From the IMG/VR virus record IMGVR_UViG_3300005253_000946: a stretch of DNA of 64,000 nt; one strand, 5' to 3'. This stretch comes from a virus. The notes under the pieces were generated by a model, which saw only the letters and a program-made list of their open reading frames with translations, did not search any database and had not been told where the DNA came from. Position numbers and translations under genes: made by a program. Below are positions 61,517-64,000 of the stretch, piece by piece; position 1 is the first letter of the stretch, and each line of letters starts with the position of its first letter.

Positions 61517-62908
61517 TTAGTCGCGGTCATAGTCGCTGTCTTCCCAAGGATCTCCTCCAGAATCATCCCATTCTATATAACGATCCACCTCTTTATTCTC
61601 TAATGACTTGTCCCACAAAAGTGCAGGAGCATACCAGCTAGGTGGGTAGATTGAGTCTAGATACCGATCCATAAACATCACTATCTGATATAGATCGCCT
61701 TCTTTTAGGAAATGAGATATCTCAGAGAGATTATCTCCCCAACAAGGATCTCCTCCTCCTGTTATGTGAGGATGTATATAATGTTCACCACTCCAGCGTT
61801 TAGTATCTGAATAGGATCCTACTTTAATAGTCTTTCTATCCAGATCTATCATAATTTCAAAGGGACCCCATTCTAATCTGAAGTCACGGCCGAAATCGTT
61901 AGAATCCCATGCCCAATGTATTATTCTGGCACGTGTCTTTAATTTACAGACAAGAGAACCACTGTGGTGAGATGTTCCTATGGAAATAGAGGTAAACTTC
62001 TTTGGCACAAAATCTCTGGCGATCTTCTTGATGATATCTTTAACCATCTGTTGGTGCTGGTGTCTGCTTACTGATGTTAGATACTTGTTTTGTATTTCGA
62101 TACCTCTTATTTTTGAGAATATATCTCTCGCCTCGTTCTGTAGATGTAAGACTTTGTTTCTGCTGTCATATAACATTTGAGTGTTTTCATTAACAGTTTT
62201 TTGTAGTTGGTCCCATTTTTGTCTCTCAAACTTCTTACCCATGTTTGCCACTAGGTAATCATTAACTAGTCTAGGAGGGTTTAGTGTTGAGTATCTTAGA
62301 CGAATAGGTATGTCTCTAGTAAAAAACTGATTTAGAGGCATATCGAAGTCCCCAACTACCAAATCGTCTAGATACGCTTCTAGTAAGTTTCCGTTCTCAT
62401 GGATTTTTTTTAAACTATTTGAGAACACGTACCCTAAGTGCCCACTTCGATTATTTGTGTAACTCATAAGAAGGTCTAGGGGTGTATATAAAATAACAGT
62501 ACTAGTTAAGGTGTCTACCCAACCGGCCTCATGGTTGGGTCCATTATTTTTGAGGTATATTCTTAGGCGGTTATCTTGGTGATCAGCGCCTTCACAGTAA
62601 TCTTCTGAGAACAACATACAGCAATGTGGGTATTGGATTTCGTGTTCTCTTACTCTAAAACGGTAGCAGTCCATGTTGTACTCGTTTTCGAATACATAGT
62701 CTCCACCAAAATTTTGGTATGGTGGGTATTTATTGCTGTCACAGGACATCGGAAAATTTATAGTCATTCCGGTAAAAGATCCAGAAGATCGAATACTGTC
62801 TAAAACTGATGTACCCCAAGGCAGGTCGACAGAACTTTCTACAGCCATGAAAGGAATATTAGGAAATTTTTCTCTGATACTCGCCGGTAATATGCTAGTG
62901 ACATCCAT
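61517..62908 (-). CDS. Prokaryotic E2-like conjugating-enzyme domain fused to a coiled coil and an N-terminal domain
   Basis: HPHITGGGDPCWG (E2-type HPH...C active-site segment); start MDVTS with GGAG RBS. Confidence 0.75.
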   Translation of the reverse strand: MDVTSILPASIREKFPNIPFMAVESSVDLPWGTSVLDSIRSSGSFTGMTINFPMSCDSNKYPPYQNFGGDYVFENEYNMDCYRFRVREHEIQYPHCCMLFSEDYCEGADHQDNRLRIYLKNNGPNHEAGWVDTLTSTVILYTPLDLLMSYTNNRSGHLGYVFSNSLKKIHENGNLLEAYLDDLVVGDFDMPLNQFFTRDIPIRLRYSTLNPPRLVNDYLVANMGKKFERQKWDQLQKTVNENTQMLYDSRNKVLHLQNEARDIFSKIRGIEIQNKYLTSVSRHQHQQMVKDIIKKIARDFVPKKFTSISIGTSHHSGSLVCKLKTRARIIHWAWDSNDFGRDFRLEWGPFEIMIDLDRKTIKVGSYSDTKRWSGEHYIHPHITGGGDPCWGDNLSEISHFLKEGDLYQIVMFMDRYLDSIYPPSWYAPALLWDKSLENKEVDRYIEWDDSGGDPWEDSDYDRD

Positions 62909-62960
62909 CTTGTGTAGTCTCCTTTGATAGATAGGTCTAAAGTTTAAGTGAGTTTTGGTC

Positions 62961-62996
62961 ACGGTGTGAGCGCCTAAAAGTAGACGCTCACACCGT
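62961..62996 (-). promoter_or_regulatory. 12-bp perfect hairpin between the Ubl and E2 genes (no U-tract on the coding strand)
   Basis: ACGGTGTGAGCG/CGCTCACACCGT. Confidence 0.65.
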
Positions 62997-63042
62997 TAAA
63001 CAATAATCAATAAGTCACGAGAGACAGAGCGTGTAGCTAAAT

Positions 63043-63261
63043 TTAAGCTACAAGACCCGCCTTCATTTTACCGGAGACGTAGAGTTCGCAATCCTCAGTT
63101 AGAGGTGAGGCTAATGTGACAGCCTCACCGTCGATAGAAAGGGATTGACCATCCGTAGGGATGCTGGCCTTGTTGAGAGCGTCTTCGACTGTTTGGCCGG
63201 ATTCGAGTTCAACAACCTGTTTATCGCTTCCGAACCTGTGTATAGTTACTCGCACGTGCAT
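63043..63261 (-). CDS. Ubiquitin-like beta-grasp protein (ThiS/MoaD/Ubl) with C-terminal KAG-LVA
   Basis: VRVTIHRFG...VVELESGQTVEDAL...SIDGE...LYVSGKMKAGLVA; GGAGG RBS; first gene of the E2-JAB-E1 operon. Confidence 0.8.
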   Translation of the reverse strand: MHVRVTIHRFGSDKQVVELESGQTVEDALNKASIPTDGQSLSIDGEAVTLASPLTEDCELYVSGKMKAGLVA

Positions 63262-63398
63262 TGGTTTATTACCTCCGTAATAATTGGTTTAGTTAGAGTC
63301 GTGCACAATTTGCTTCAACATCCTTATGGCAGTTTTTATGAGAAAATTGCAGGCAGTAAAGGGTTGCGTTTAGATTGGCAATGTACTATTTTTAGACT

Positions 63399-63923
63399 AT
63401 GCCGAATCCAGACAGCCATCTGACAAATATAATAAATAGTAAGCTGGACAGTTTAACCCTGGCGCTAACCGATCTGGTTGTTACTGCTGAAGAGTTAGAC
63501 GGAACTGGTGTCGGTCCTTACGGTCCTGCAACCAGCCTCCCGATACAAGCAGGTTCTTACATTGCTTATGACGGAGTAACTCCTTTAGTAGAAACTACTA
63601 ACTACACCATAGTCACTGCTACAGGTCTGTTAACTTTCACTCCAACCTATAATGGTGGTCTCGGCCCTATAGGTATAGTCACTTTGGATTATTCTGTGTC
63701 TCCAGCGACATTAGATGACTCTAACCTCTTCCCTGTTTCGCAAGCCAATAGTGTTCAGGTAGTTATAGCTGTAAAGGACGGAGTTTGGGACCAAGCTACA
63801 TTCGATCAGTATGTAGCAGATGTTACTACGATCCAAGGCAGTCCCTACCTGACTGGCGACCAAGTGCAGATACTGCAATATCATTTAGACGACATTAATG
63901 CTGCCGCCGCATTAGTCTTTTAA
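63399..63923 (+). CDS. Hypothetical beta-rich protein, possibly structural
   Basis: Thr/Gly/Val-rich, ETTNYTIVTATGLLTF motif; TTGCGT-N17-TATTTT promoter 6 nt upstream of the ATG. Confidence 0.65.
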   Translation: MPNPDSHLTNIINSKLDSLTLALTDLVVTAEELDGTGVGPYGPATSLPIQAGSYIAYDGVTPLVETTNYTIVTATGLLTFTPTYNGGLGPIGIVTLDYSVSPATLDDSNLFPVSQANSVQVVIAVKDGVWDQATFDQYVADVTTIQGSPYLTGDQVQILQYHLDDINAAAALVF

Positions 63924-64000
63924 AACAGATATAAGCTAGTCGTCCTTGACAAGGTTGGTCTCTTAAAAGAGAGAGGCCAAGGTTTCTTTGAAGAGTTCGC

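Noticed and set aside
680-63423. Most plus-strand ORFs in the track (e.g. 680-883, 7816-8166, 17583-17939, 19653-20129, 44792-45220, 60410-60664) and minus-strand ORFs within the helicase
   Set aside because: Antisense shadows of real genes, with Ser/Leu/Phe-rich composition and no RBS.
1-64000. Genome-wide TAG reassignment (alternative genetic code)
   Set aside because: Long genes are intact under code 11, several end at TAG at sensible positions, and only one clear internal TAG was found.

Overview
This window is a 64-kb segment of a large (probably jumbo) lytic dsDNA phage genome. No capsid, terminase or integrase gene is recognisable in it. Most of it is densely packed small hypothetical genes on the minus strand, interrupted by a few plus-strand islands. 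Recognisable genes include thyX, a class II (B12-dependent, monomeric) nrdJ, an SF2/SNF2-like helicase, an HD-domain RelA/SpoT-type hydrolase, MazG/DUF550-like NTP pyrophosphohydrolases, DUF932, DUF1653, three YkgJ-like Cys-cluster proteins and an XRE-sigma70 region-4 fusion. RNA genes are 22 full-length tRNA genes (all but one at 37.8-53.1 kb) and a tmRNA. Four observations stand out. (1) Five free-standing endonuclease genes (four HNH, one Vsr/DUF559-like) each sit inside or against a tRNA gene. In the clearest cases the layout is: 5' half of tRNA-X cut just after the anticodon loop, then a TTGACA-N17 promoter, then the HNH gene, then a complete, re-sequenced tRNA-X with the same anticodon (Gln, His). 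Two other tRNAs (fMet-like and Arg-ACG) are left split. (2) A complete phage-encoded ubiquitin-like conjugation operon (Ubl, E2-like, JAB, E1/ThiF, small membrane protein). (3) A Bd0055-like bacterial histone-fold gene. (4) A CUA-anticodon (amber suppressor) tRNA, together with an otherwise intact gene carrying one in-frame TAG. All family calls are by eye from motifs; no database searches were run. Most plus-strand ORFs in the supplied track are antisense shadows.
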